A DNA stretch of 64,000 nucleotides, taken from Lingula anatina (Eukaryota; Animalia; Brachiopoda). Every line of letters begins with the position of its first letter. The stretch's first letter is position 1. This document shows, piece by piece, positions 40,521-48,335 of this stretch. The position numbers were made by a program, and so were the translations under genes. The stretch is taken from NCBI GenBank assembly GCA_051362555.1, contig CM120645.1, positions 20,770,001-20,834,000 on the forward strand, written 5' to 3'. The notes below the pieces were generated by a model. The model did not search any database, had not been told where the DNA came from, and worked only from the letters and a program-made list of their open reading frames with translations.

Positions 40521-42445
40521 CTTAACTCACCTGTCTCATAATAAACCCATGCCTCAGTAAACTCTTGCGGACATAATACAGGTGACCAGAGGCTCCCCTG
40601 AACACCTGCAGTAAGTTCTGGGTCCCAATGGTGGCAGCACCGTTCCATCGTGACCTGAGCCAAGACAAGAACAAGACTCAACTATCATCAATGTGTACTA
40701 CCAGCCTGTGTCAAAAAATTTTAAGCCTACTGACCCAAGGGATAAAATCTACTGGCCCAAATTAGAAAAAGAGGCCAAATTGGCCAAATTCTACACTGGC
40801 CCGACTTCAATTATACTGCCACTCGTTATGGGACTAGTGTTCAGGTTACAGGCTCAACTCCTTAACCCAACCAGAAATCATCTTGAAAATATAAATTTTT
40901 CGAAGGTGATAAGCATTTTCAAAGATCATCTGGAATTTAATGTGATGATTCTTTTTCTGACCCTTTTCAATAAGAAATACTTTGATAGAAAATCACCGAC
41001 TGATATTATACATTTTATATCATCAACCCACTTACCGTCCTATTCTCTCTAGAAGACAGTACTGTGCATTGACAAACTCCCAATTGGGATCATGCTCCAC
41101 TCCAAACAATGCCGCAATTCTAATCTCTTGAGACGCAACAATCACCAACTTGTTTCCCCATCTGTGTGATAGACATAACATTACATTAAAACACGTACTT
41201 GTTATACACATGTAAGCTTAGAAGTTGAATTTTACAATTAATCTACTAGTATATATTACTATACATATATAGATCTTAACATGGATAAAATTAAATAATA
41301 AAATGTGCAGCTATCTGAAAAATATGTTGTAAAAAAATAGGTCCCATAACACTGACACTAGTGCCATACTTCTGTCAAAAGAACTTCAAACTGGAGAATC
41401 AAAAACACTAATCATTAACAACATATACTATTCTAGATTCATATAAATAGAGCACTTGAAATTTTATTTCGTTTGTTCCTGAACAGAACAGGGTGCAAAA
41501 TTACTTGAGTGTCAAAATGATTCTATAAATATTACTATACCTTTCTATGGCTTTTTCCAATGTACACAGACTTTTTTCATCATCTCGTATTTCAAAAGTG
41601 ATATCAGTTCTAGTAGTGAAGGTAGAGCAGGAGCCCTGTATTCCACCCTTGTCTATTATCTGTACTGGATAGGGATCCACCTCTTCTAGCGACTAAAAAA
41701 AAGGAAAGGAGTAATGGGGGCCATACTGCCAACAAATTTCTGCAGAGAGAGAGAGAGAAAAGAAAGCATGGGTTTCATTAAACCTATACAATATGATGCA
41801 GTCCTAATTGGTGTGTATGCATTTGTGTATGTGCGTGCGCGTGTGAGAGAGAGAGAGAGAAAGAAAGAGCAAGAGACAGAGGTAGGACTTGCATCAACAT
41901 ATGAGGAAAATCCTTGTTCAGAATTTAATCACGATATAACTACTTGCCATTCTGCAACCTACCTGCTGTACACATATTTCAGAATCCTTCTCCACACTGC
42001 TCCATCGGTCCCATATCACCACAGTAGGCCTCTCTTCTGGCAGCTCGTAGAACTTCAAATCTGGGTGCACAGATATTCGATTCCATAGGAACTGCTTACA
42101 GGTATTGTCCAATGAAAATGGAAACTTTGGCCGCCGATCTTCTAGACGTAACCATAGTGTTGCTATTGTTATACCTGTAATTTGTTAAGAAAGTCATACA
42201 GTGAACAGAATACGTCTGGAGACACTGAGCAATATTTCATAGTCAGGAAATTCAAACGAACAAAAAACATCCTTGAAGCTATTGTATCTATCCCACATAT
42301 TTTAATGCTGATGCACAGTAGTAGTAGTAGTAGTAGTAGTAATAGTAGTAGTAGTAGTAGTATCATCTAATAGTTCTAAGTCTTCAGCCTTACCATCTAA
42401 ACCTTCCAGTGCAATTTCATCTACCACAGCTTCGAAGAAATCCAT
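1852..42445 (-). CDS. GTF3C1: General transcription factor 3C polypeptide 1 (TFIIIC220/Tfc3 homolog); 36 exons in the window, 3' end probably beyond position 1
   Basis: All introns are GT-AG and all phases chain without a frameshift (5685 nt). The N-terminus MDFFEAVVDEIALEGLDGITIATLWLRL and blocks GIQGSC, LVIVASQ, YCLLERIGRSRWNG, VHKLLWYLIY, SWRRYLPPLP, GWFLVSD, YWVDL..TPLG, GAAGFDASLMAHLRKNWQW, RLRVLWTAQED and DKTSKACARR resemble recalled human GTF3C1. No stop codon is reached inside the window. Confidence 0.93.
2912..2928 (-). mobile_element. Orphan terminal fragment of family B
   Basis: CATCTGTGTCTGTACAT followed by AAAAA, identical to the B1 right end. Confidence 0.45.
3179..3515. mobile_element. 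Kolobok-like MITE, copy 2
   Basis: Highly similar to 659-993; TTAA on both sides. Confidence 0.82.
4044..4400. mobile_element. Kolobok-like MITE, older inverted copy
   Basis: Degenerate TIRs, TTAA flanks, internal similarity to the reverse complement of copies 1 and 2. Confidence 0.65.
5982..7208 (-). CDS. GTF3C1: GTF3C1 exon 35 (large, mostly low-complexity acidic/basic)
   Basis: 1227-nt open phase-0 exon, ITYDIIVPDRVIDIE..IYRAVENWKELGITWVELQ; TAG/GTAGG. Confidence 0.87.
7445..8395 (-). mobile_element. HINE family B copy B1 (short, internally deleted)
   Basis: Left end AACAAG, stem-loop GGCAGC-aaa-GCTGTC, subTIR ATGTACAGACA; right end (GACGGC)n and hairpin ATGTACAGACAC-atct-GTGTCTGTACAT. 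Confidence 0.85.
10736..10867. mobile_element. Degenerate copy of the CAGGCCCGTAGCC MITE abutting the exon 34 donor
   Basis: Internal similarity to 61576-61753 (AATTTCAAAAGG..GGTTCTTTTTCTGAAAAA, CAGAGGGG.CCTTTTCCTT); CATAC on both flanks. Confidence 0.7.
10873..11032 (-). CDS. GTF3C1: GTF3C1 exon 34
   Basis: YSQKFQ..IFPEA..TGGGCAAFITMLAL; CAG/GTATG. Confidence 0.87.
11450..11511 (-). CDS. GTF3C1: GTF3C1 exon 33
   Basis: LSFLATKTFHLSQ; TAG/GTATG. Confidence 0.8.
11993..12124 (-). CDS. GTF3C1: GTF3C1 exon 32
   Basis: MFRVYSQYPEDLLTEVFNTMRNDHIISKKK; CAG/GTAAT. Confidence 0.88.
12314..15373 (-). mobile_element. Non-autonomous Helentron-type element (HINE family A), copy A1, with 146-bp array
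   Basis: Left end AACTAG (CTAGTT on minus), stem-loop GAGGCG-atac-CGCCTC, subTIR TTGTACCACCAGC; right end GGCGGAGCC repeats and hairpin GTACCGCCAGCG-ctaa-CGCTGGTGGTACAA; no TSD seen. Confidence 0.85.
12521..14385. repeat. 146-bp tandem array, about 13 monomers
   Basis: GAAAAGTAGG recurs at 12661, 12807, 12953 and onward (period 146). Confidence 0.95.
15374..16975. repeat. 146-bp tandem array, about 11 monomers
   Basis: Same monomer as in A1. Confidence 0.93.
17603..17837 (-). mobile_element. Short HINE family C element nested in B2
   Basis: AACTAG end, GCACT..AGTGC stem-loop, subTIRs CTCTGCCAAGG / CCTTGGCAGAG, GACAGACA microsatellite; the matching site in B3 (about 46625-46635) is empty. 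Confidence 0.8.
18842..19780. repeat. About 479-bp tandem duplication inside B2
   Basis: TTTTGATGCAACATTACATAATGCTTAACAGC block at 18842 and 19321. Confidence 0.85.
20210..21165. repeat. About 161-bp tandem repeat, about 6 copies, inside B2 (about 5 copies in B3 at roughly 44775-45560)
   Basis: GCTGATTTTCGAAC at 20415, 20577, 20738, 20899 and 21060. Confidence 0.9.
22397..22559 (-). CDS. GTF3C1: GTF3C1 exon 31
   Basis: YELPATLEQL..DIQASVLHNIVQ; TAG/GTTAG. Confidence 0.88.
23100..23203 (-). CDS. GTF3C1: GTF3C1 exon 30
   Basis: DLVTEFK..VFRKLFYKLKEKF; CAG/GTAAG. Confidence 0.85.
23372..27296 (-). mobile_element. HINE family A copy A3 (complete)
   Basis: Both termini as in A1; near-identical unique parts; about 19 monomers. 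Confidence 0.88.
23579..26320. repeat. 146-bp tandem array, about 19 monomers
   Basis: Same monomer; diverged first and last units. Confidence 0.95.
27583..27696 (-). CDS. GTF3C1: GTF3C1 exon 29
   Basis: SHDKTSKACARRVLYMMKNPQT; TAG/GTAAT. Confidence 0.9.
28038..28104. repeat. (AAAT)n microsatellite
   Basis: Directly visible. Confidence 0.95.
28119..28220 (-). CDS. GTF3C1: GTF3C1 exon 28
   Basis: LPWRVVRDILHELSP; CAG/GTAAG. Confidence 0.9.
28560..28663 (-). CDS. GTF3C1: GTF3C1 exon 27
   Basis: DEADVLAAQRMNRLRVLWTAQEDSM; TAG/GTATG. Confidence 0.9.
28905..28961 (-). CDS. GTF3C1: GTF3C1 exon 26
   Basis: EGPEVKKKREEIESRRVK; TAG/GTAAT. Confidence 0.68.
29309..29431 (-). CDS. GTF3C1: GTF3C1 exon 25
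   Basis: PQDLAPGSKVYTVP..MKRKGLARK; CAG/GTGGG. Confidence 0.72.
29773..29986. mobile_element. PIF/Harbinger-like MITE; related half copy at about 23244-23371
   Basis: TAA flanks; imperfect TIR containing ATTCCCAGAG / CTCTGGGAAT; left half similar to 23244-23371. Confidence 0.6.
30120..30245 (-). CDS. GTF3C1: GTF3C1 exon 24
   Basis: KKGRLRRLTQRTE; TAG/GTATT; phase 1-1. Confidence 0.72.
30512..30621 (-). CDS. GTF3C1: GTF3C1 exon 23
   Basis: HLRKNWQW; CAG/GTGAG. Confidence 0.85.
30917..31085 (-). CDS. GTF3C1: GTF3C1 exon 22
   Basis: PMGNVNGAAGFDASLM; CAG/GTGAG. Confidence 0.87.
31439..31616 (-). CDS. GTF3C1: GTF3C1 exon 21
   Basis: LLDTRES..DIEQYWVDLLLICGDTPL; CAG/GTGAT. Confidence 0.9.
31834..32028 (-). 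CDS. GTF3C1: GTF3C1 exon 20
   Basis: LQDPVKKFYLVRHLP..LLYGRRFLF..MGLLSF; CAG/GTAGG. Confidence 0.9.
32221..32267. repeat. 19-bp tandem repeat, about 2.5 copies (GTCATGTGATCAAGTCTCA)
   Basis: Directly visible. Confidence 0.85.
32402..32875 (+). pseudogene. C-terminal linker plus GIY-YIG endonuclease of the Penelope-like ORF; RT domain absent
   Basis: LPYCKGISEKVCRIYKKH..GTIYRINCHDCNSFYIGETGRQLKIRVSEHR..SAISEH..GHSIDW..RKIREAIHI..MNRDGG. Confidence 0.88.
32891..32943 (+). ncRNA. Minimal type I hammerhead ribozyme-like motif in the pLTR (GAAA box reads GTAA, possibly inactive)
   Basis: CTGATGA at 32900-32906, stem II GGCC..GGCC, then GTAA-GC-TA; imperfect stem I (CGTCAGT / ACGGTACG); located just after the PLE stop codon, where PLE hammerheads occur. 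Confidence 0.6.
33260..33348 (-). CDS. GTF3C1: GTF3C1 exon 19
   Basis: YGKGWFLVSDVLFSMPVCMFCHII; CAG/GTAAG. Confidence 0.88.
33656..33797 (-). CDS. GTF3C1: GTF3C1 exon 18
   Basis: VYLDELSWRRYLPPLPKH; TAG/GTATG. Confidence 0.88.
34222..34410 (-). CDS. GTF3C1: GTF3C1 exon 17
   Basis: YGLQPKFKKAEIVHKLLWYLIYEY; CAG/GTGAG. Confidence 0.88.
34701..34799 (-). CDS. GTF3C1: GTF3C1 exon 16
   Basis: SGEKGKEADVKQSIKKL..LQYDA; CAG/GTGAG. Confidence 0.78.
35193..35354 (-). CDS. GTF3C1: GTF3C1 exon 15
   Basis: PELTADDPLVRSVINKAKM; CAG/GTCAG. Confidence 0.85.
35742..35885 (-). CDS. GTF3C1: GTF3C1 exon 14
   Basis: EVDRRTVKRLLDQLAKE; CAG/GTAAG. Confidence 0.88.
36283..36371 (-). CDS. GTF3C1: GTF3C1 exon 13
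   Basis: TERVLKRRQYILNYVQAEKVV; TAG/GTAAA. Confidence 0.87.
36660..36857 (-). CDS. GTF3C1: GTF3C1 exon 12
   Basis: Open low-complexity linker; TAG/GTACG. Confidence 0.78.
37176..37270 (-). CDS. GTF3C1: GTF3C1 exon 11
   Basis: FVSNVYKEQYHEQKKL; TAG/GTATG. Confidence 0.8.
37703..37749 (-). CDS. GTF3C1: GTF3C1 exon 10
   Basis: LIFGYFVEVQKTKKN; CAG/GTGAG; phase bridges exons 9 and 11. Confidence 0.75.
38083..38264 (-). CDS. GTF3C1: GTF3C1 exon 9
   Basis: ERSMLHIAYRLILSRGLEGIS..EARALLKAL; CAG/GTAAG. Confidence 0.88.
38378..38431. repeat. (TC)n microsatellite
   Basis: Directly visible. Confidence 0.95.
38787..38878 (-). CDS. GTF3C1: GTF3C1 exon 8
   Basis: VEKSVRIYTLVKPLKVEEEEEDD; CAG/GTAAT. 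Confidence 0.85.
39672..39799 (-). CDS. GTF3C1: GTF3C1 exon 7
   Basis: LVPYRDVYPEATEEEYMAKNK; CAG/GTAAG; phase fits exon 8. Confidence 0.82.
39975..40148 (-). CDS. GTF3C1: GTF3C1 exon 6
   Basis: RLFHLKRFYQLHKPRSQVILESAAAYL; AAG/GTTTG. Confidence 0.85.
40468..40518. repeat. (CA)n microsatellite
   Basis: Directly visible. Confidence 0.95.
40531..40654 (-). CDS. GTF3C1: GTF3C1 exon 5
   Basis: RSRWNG..HLYYVRKSLLRHGFIMRQ; CAG/GTGAG. Confidence 0.9.
41036..41161 (-). CDS. GTF3C1: GTF3C1 exon 4
   Basis: WGNKLVIVASQEIRIAALFG..YCLLERIG; CAG/GTAAG. Confidence 0.9.
41541..41692 (-). CDS. GTF3C1: GTF3C1 exon 3
   Basis: DPYPVQIIDKGGIQGSCSTFTTRTDIT; TAG/GTATA. Confidence 0.88.
41963..42174 (-). CDS. 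GTF3C1: GTF3C1 exon 2
   Basis: GITIATLWLRLEDRRPKFP..KQFLW..FYELPEERP; CAG/GTAGG. Confidence 0.9.
42317..42362. repeat. (AGT)n microsatellite in GTF3C1 intron 1
   Basis: Directly visible. Confidence 0.9.
42394..42445 (-). CDS. GTF3C1: GTF3C1 exon 1
   Basis: ATG, MDFFEAVVDEIALEGLD, GTAAG donor. Confidence 0.9.
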
Positions 42446-43105
42446 CCTCTCCTAAATTATGACGCCCTCGATCTCTGATAAATGCTGAAATGCACAACAA
42501 CCAGCCTACTTTAAACGGTACGTCTTTCAGCTAAAACTTAATGCATATTCATTTCAAGTTAAAGCTGGTGTCAGAGGAAGGGGGTGCATGGTGAAATTGA
42601 CAACGATACACATTGCAATTTGCAGTAAATAAATGCTGATTACAGTAGATTTTTTTCCACGGTTATCGGTGTACTGTATGAGAGTGGAAAATAAAAGACA
42701 ACAATATAGATTGTTATAAAATTAATCTGCAACCACCTGTGTATTTTACCAATAAAAACTGGTCACATAATCTGCACCTCAATAAAAACATGCCGAAAAC
42801 ATCACTGTTCTCTCTGGGGTTTGCGCTATGTTTTAAACTAGGTCGTCGTGTTTTTCGGGGAACAGGCTGAGATAAAGAATGAAAAGTTACATGAAATAAA
42901 AAAAATTGATAAAATGAAATAACTGAAAATTTTATATTTCTAGTTGTCAAGAAAAGTCTTGTATGATGAAATTTATTATATTTGCACTGCGTCTGTGGCA
43001 CTTTTGACGTATACATTAACATAATACTTCTATTTTATTCTCTCCCCAAAATTTTACCTGGAACAAATTAGGTCAAATGACGTCAGTGCCAAGTGGAGAT
43101 CCAAG
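42446..43105. promoter_or_regulatory. Probable bidirectional promoter of GTF3C1 and TMEM115
   Basis: 660 bp between divergent ATGs, relatively CpG-rich; perfect CRE TGACGTCA at 43078-43085; YY1-like CAAGATGGC overlapping the TMEM115 ATG. Confidence 0.7.
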
Positions 43106-43809
43106 ATGGCAGCTTCCATAGTGAGAAGAAATGCCCCCTACGTAAAACAACAATTTTCCGAGGCTTTAGGAGGAAGCAGCGTGGTTGTTAAAAGCGTATG
43201 CGGAGCGTTATTCGTAGGGTATTTACTGTCGTTTGCATCAAATGTCATTCCCTATATTACAGTCACGCCGGGTTATGTATTGCCACCCAATTTCTGGGTT
43301 TGGACTTTTCTAACTCACTGTTTTGTTCAATTTCACATTTGGCATGTCCTAATAGACATCGCCGTCGTTTTTCTCTGTGGGAAGCTATTGGAGCCACTGT
43401 GGGGAGCGCTGGAGCTGCTAATATTTTTCATGGTTGTGAACGTGGGGACCGCTCTAATATCTTCCCTTGTTTACATCATCGTCTATCTGGCAAGTCGACA
43501 GCCGGATTTTTTATTCGAGACATACATCCACGGCCTGGCCGGTTTCATCGGTGGATTCACCGTCGCTGTCAAACAGATGATGCCGGACCATGTGCTGTTC
43601 TTGTCGCCCTTTGGGAAGCTGCGTAACAACCACATTCCTGTTCTCCTGCTGGTAGTGACTGTTATACTGCGAGTGGCAGGTGCCCTTGAGGGACCATACC
43701 CCATAATGTACACTGCAGGCTTGCTCACCAGTTGGATTTACCTGAGGTTCTATCAGAGCCATGGGAAGGGGACTAGAGGAGACATGGCTGATAATTTTTC
43801 GTTTGCTAG
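43106..43809 (+). CDS. TMEM115: TMEM115 exon 1
   Basis: ATG to AG/GTATG donor; several hydrophobic TM segments. Confidence 0.93.
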
Positions 43810-46800
43810 GTATGTGTGTGTACAGTAGAGAAATCCTCACTTCAGGCTTGTCATTTGGTCGTGGATCATACAAAATGTGGTATTTTATCCAGTATCACTT
43901 CAACTGTGATGCATTCATATTGAAATGGAGTAATGGGTGATAGCCTTAAATGAGGTTGATGGTACTGCGTGACATCATGCAAGGCTGAAAAAATGTGTGG
44001 CAATTGGCCCTAGGTGGGGTTACAAAGTGTTATAACACATTTTTCTTAAGAATATTTTTATCAATAGCGTATCTCCTCAATATCAACAGTGTCATAAGGT
44101 CTTTACAATAACAGTTTAAAGAAGGAGTTATTCTTTTAATAGAGATAGAGAGTGCTGAATGTTTATCTGTGATGCTAAAACTTTAAAAGATCATGAATTT
44201 GACAGCGGATTTGAAAAAGATGTACCTTGGGAAATAAAGGGAAAATTCCTGGGAATTAATATCTTTTGCTATATCAAGGCCTCATGCCTATTGCATCACG
44301 TAGTTAAAAGCATCAGGAAAAGACTTAAGGCATGTTTCACTAGAGATTTATAGGCTCTGAACTGCAGATAAGGTTTTATCCTTTGTGAAAGATTCATGTT
44401 GAGAATTTTGTCTCCTGTAGCCACAGTCAGTCAACTAATATTATATACCAGCATATTTTTTCATAATCAGTTCTGCTGGCATACTACGTATCAATAATGT
44501 AATCTCATGTTTTAATGATAAATAAGCTGCGTGCATGTCATTTGAGTGTAGTACTGAGGTATTTAGTCTAGTTTGACCTTACATGACAGGAATTGGTATA
44601 ATTGTAGTCTACTAAGGAAAATTAAAGTAAATGTTGTATGTTGGGCCAAAACTGCTTAATAAACATTAGCAATTTCTTTTTTATGTACAGACACAGATGT
44701 GTCTGAACATATAGCCATCATCTGCGTCTGTCGTCGCCGTCGCCGTCGTCGCTGTCGTTGCCGTCGTCGCCGTGCACTTTTACCGATAACACGATAAGTG
44801 GAAAACCATTTTACCTTTTGACTTGAAACTTACAGAATTGATGAATATTCATAATACGCAGGTCAAGTTCGAAAATCAGCATGATTGGGTCATTTTTAGG
44901 GAATTTATGCTGTTTTTTCACTTTTTTTTAGCATATATGCAGCACCGATAACACGATAAGTGGAAAACCATTTTACCTTTTGACTTGAAACTTACAGAAC
45001 TGATGAATATTCATAATACGCAGGTCAAGTTCGAAAATCAGCATGATTGGGTCATTTTTAGGGAATTTATGCTGTTTTTTCACTTTTTTCAGCATATATG
45101 CAGCACCGATAACATGATAAGTGGAAAACCATTTTACCTTTTGGCTTGAAACTTACAGAACTGATGAATATTCATAATACGCAGGTCAAGTTTGAAAATC
45201 AGCTTGATCGGGCCATTTTTATGGAAGTTATGCTATTTTTTTCATTTTTTTAGCATATATGCAACACTGATACACGATAAGTGAAAAACTGTTTTACCTT
45301 TTGGCTTGAAACTTACAGAACTGATGAATATTCATATTACATAGGCAAAGTTTGGAAATCAGCGTGATCGGACCAATTTTATGGAAGTTATGCTGTTTTT
45401 TTCACTTTTTTCAGCATGTATGCAATACCGCTAACGCATTTCAAGAAAAATCAATTGGCCAATTGTCTTGAAATTTACAGGGGAGATCAGTCTTACTGAA
45501 ATACAGATGGAGTTTGAAAATGGTTCAGTTTTGGTGAAGTTATGCCTTTTTTTGTATATAAGTGGGTTTTTTTCCTTTGATTTAATTCTTAGGCATGTTA
45601 ACAATCTTCTCTGTGAACTAATTAAATATGTAAAGGTGTTCTTTTGACATTTTCTGCATCTTAACAATATTGTTAGTTGATTATATAATAAAAGATGGTT
45701 AATCTGTTATCGTGTATTATGTAACAAAGTGTCAAAAATGGAAATAATAATAAACTCATATCTTTACAGTTTGTCAGATTCAATCATTCACCATGTTCAG
45801 AATCTCAGAATGGAGCAAAATGGACATCTAAAATTGTTCTATTGATATTTTTTCCTATGTCAGCAATTTTCTTAGTTGTTCATTTAAAAATGACAGTAAA
45901 TTGATTATTTTGTTATATGAAAAAAAGATGTTGAAAATGGAAAGAAAATCAATTCAATACAGTTATCTTTTGTTTACATTTTAGCATTTTGAAAGTGTGA
46001 CTCTGAACTTCCACGGCCTTGAAGACATTTCCATGTCACATTTTCTGTAAATCCATGATACTTTTATTTTATTATTAAAAATTGATGGTCATTATGTTAT
46101 ATTGCATAAAAGTTGAAGAAAACCCTAATTTTGGAAATGGCTGCCGGAATGACCATTAAGGAAAACCATGTTACTTATGATACTCAAACTTACTGAAAAG
46201 TTTCGTAAGACTGATGTGCAGTTTGTGTTGGAAAATCAGTGTGATTGTTTTCTGTTTTGGAAGCAATGTAGCTCTATAGAGTGGATGGTGGTAATTGCCC
46301 CTTGGGGTAGTCACAAGCTAAATTCAGAGCTATAAAATCATTTGCCTAATTGATTTCCAAGTGCCCATTAAATAAGATTACATAAAACACAGGCTGAGAC
46401 TTCCCAGTAAAGTCCCATAGGTTAAGCTCTCTTAACTGTGTCACATAATTAGGAATCTATGATAATTATGCAGGTAAATGTTGTTTAATATTGCAAATAA
46501 GTTATCAAAACAAAACAAAAAAATAGATGAATAACAGTGTCTTATTATCCTCAAACACATTGGGGTTATTCATATCATGTTATTACAGCAAGATTAAAAG
46601 TTTGAATAGCAGCTTTAATGGGATATTTTTGTGTTTTCTTTTTAATTTTTTTTTTCAAACACTGGCATTTTCAGCTCCCATCCACCTGAAGCTCTTCACA
46701 TTTTCTGTATTTCCACATAAGCAGTTGCATTGGTTTTTATGTCTTTAAACATTATGTAATATTATTTTATGCACTGTCATCATTATTTAGATATTGGGAT

Positions 46801-48335
46801 TTTCATTATGTGAATTTGGTCCTGAAACTGTAATCTTATTGCAGGGGTGGATTGAGGCCATCTTCTGGGTCTTTCAGATTTTAAAGTTCACATTGATGGG
46901 TATCTCTTTTTTCTGTTGGAAGACCATCAAAAATGTAGGATGGATCAACAAAGATAATTTGGAATACTGTCAGAAAATATCTCTGGATCAGCTCCTGTTA
47001 TTGACGATGTCACCTGTTGTGCATGATTAAATTTCAGTGTTGATTGACAGTGCTATTGTAGGCATCAAAATTGACAAAATGAACCATTTTCTGCATTTTT
47101 ATTTTGTGTTTTTGTCTGTACATTTGACAGCTTTGCTGCCTTGTTTATATTAAGCAGGCACTGTAATTAATTTAAGTGGACTACAATGTGTATATATCCT
47201 GACTTGAAGTTAACTGACATTCTGGTTTAAAAGTTAAGAACAACTTTCAGTCTCTGGCCTAGAGATAGGAATTTCATAGGTGGGACCTTTTCAGAATGGA
47301 GAACTTTTTTATCCCCTTAGTCGATCTAGCCTCAGAAACGGCAAATAACCTACAGTAGATCAAATTTGGATAAGTATGGACCTTTTCTGACTTTTTTTTT
47401 CTTTTTCATAATCCATCTATGATTTGTAGATTTTAGATGCAGTGATTATTTTTTGGTTTATTGTTGCAGTTTTTGGCCCTCCCCAGTCCAGCCGGTTGTG
47501 GGAGTCGCCTCTAACACAATCTTCAGTTTCTTGGTGAAGGTCAAAGTGTGCAAGAAACCAGAGAGGAGGTATGATGTCAGCTCACCTACTACAATTACAA
47601 TCAGCCTACCTGGGACAGACCCACAAGACGCAGAGAGGAGGAGGTGGGTGTGTTTTTTTTTACTCCTTAGAAATTTAATACACATGATCAAATTAAATTC
47701 AGTTAACCCTCTCTATCCCTGAAGTATGGACGTGGTTTGTCATGATGCAATGGTAACTCTGATATTGTAAGAAAGTTTATTTAATTACTGATAAAGTCAA
47801 GTTGCTAAGTGTACTCTGAAACCTTAAAAACTGGACACCAAATAATCCATCCAAGTGATCCAACATAGACAATTGAACCACTTTTGACATGGTGAGTTCA
47901 AGTAACATCTTGGGTGTGATATTTTCTGTTTTATGGCAAATTGCTTTGAGTTGCGGCACTGTTGTTCACAACATAGCACTACAATTTTTTTTTTGTTCAG
48001 GGATTTGCCTGACCTTTTCTTCTTTGCTTTCTAGACAAGTGGCCCTAAAAGCTCTAAATGAAAGGATGGGAAAAGTAGAAAGTCAAACAAGCTGGCCCTC
48101 GATGGAGGATGAATCTCCTACTAAGGAAAGCACAGAGCTTCAAGAGGTCAAAGTTCACGAAAAGTCACCAGATGTCAAGGACACTGCAGGTGCTCATAGT
48201 GAGGCCAAGTCTGAAAAAGAAGCAAAACACACAACAACATCAGCAGTGCCATCTAGCGGTGGAATTAAAAAATTACCAGTACCAGATTTTAAAGACAATG
48301 CAAAAAATACGCCAACAGCAGAGGACGATTCGTAG
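43106..48335 (+). CDS. TMEM115: Transmembrane protein 115 (Golgi rhomboid-like pseudoprotease, DUF1751); exons 43106-43809, 47470-47643, 48035-48335; 392 aa
   Basis: VTPGYVLPPNFWVWT, GKLLEPLWG, VAVKQMMPD, SWIYLRFYQ, RGDMADNFSFASFWP, ITISLPGTDPQDAERRRQVALKALNER are typical of TMEM115; GT-AG splicing gives 1179 nt in frame. Confidence 0.95.
44683..47145 (+). mobile_element. HINE family B copy B3 in TMEM115 intron 1
   Basis: Reverse complement of the B2 termini, (GTCGCC)n, about 161-bp repeats and shared internal sequence. Confidence 0.87.
47470..47643 (+). CDS. TMEM115: TMEM115 exon 2
   Basis: TTGCAG acceptor; FWPSPVQP..DAERR; GTGGG donor. Confidence 0.9.
48035..48335 (+). CDS. TMEM115: TMEM115 exon 3
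   Basis: TTTCTAG acceptor; QVALKALNERM..SWPSMED; TAG stop. Confidence 0.88.

Noticed and set aside
40703-40855. Possible MITE remnant with repeated ACTGGCCC motifs (similar fragments near 30320-30480)
   Set aside because: TIRs and TSD could not be delimited with confidence
43198-43873. Overlapping and antisense ORFs in TMEM115 exon 1 (similar ones occur in CHSY1 and GTF3C1 exon 35)
   Set aside because: Shadow ORFs of real coding sequence
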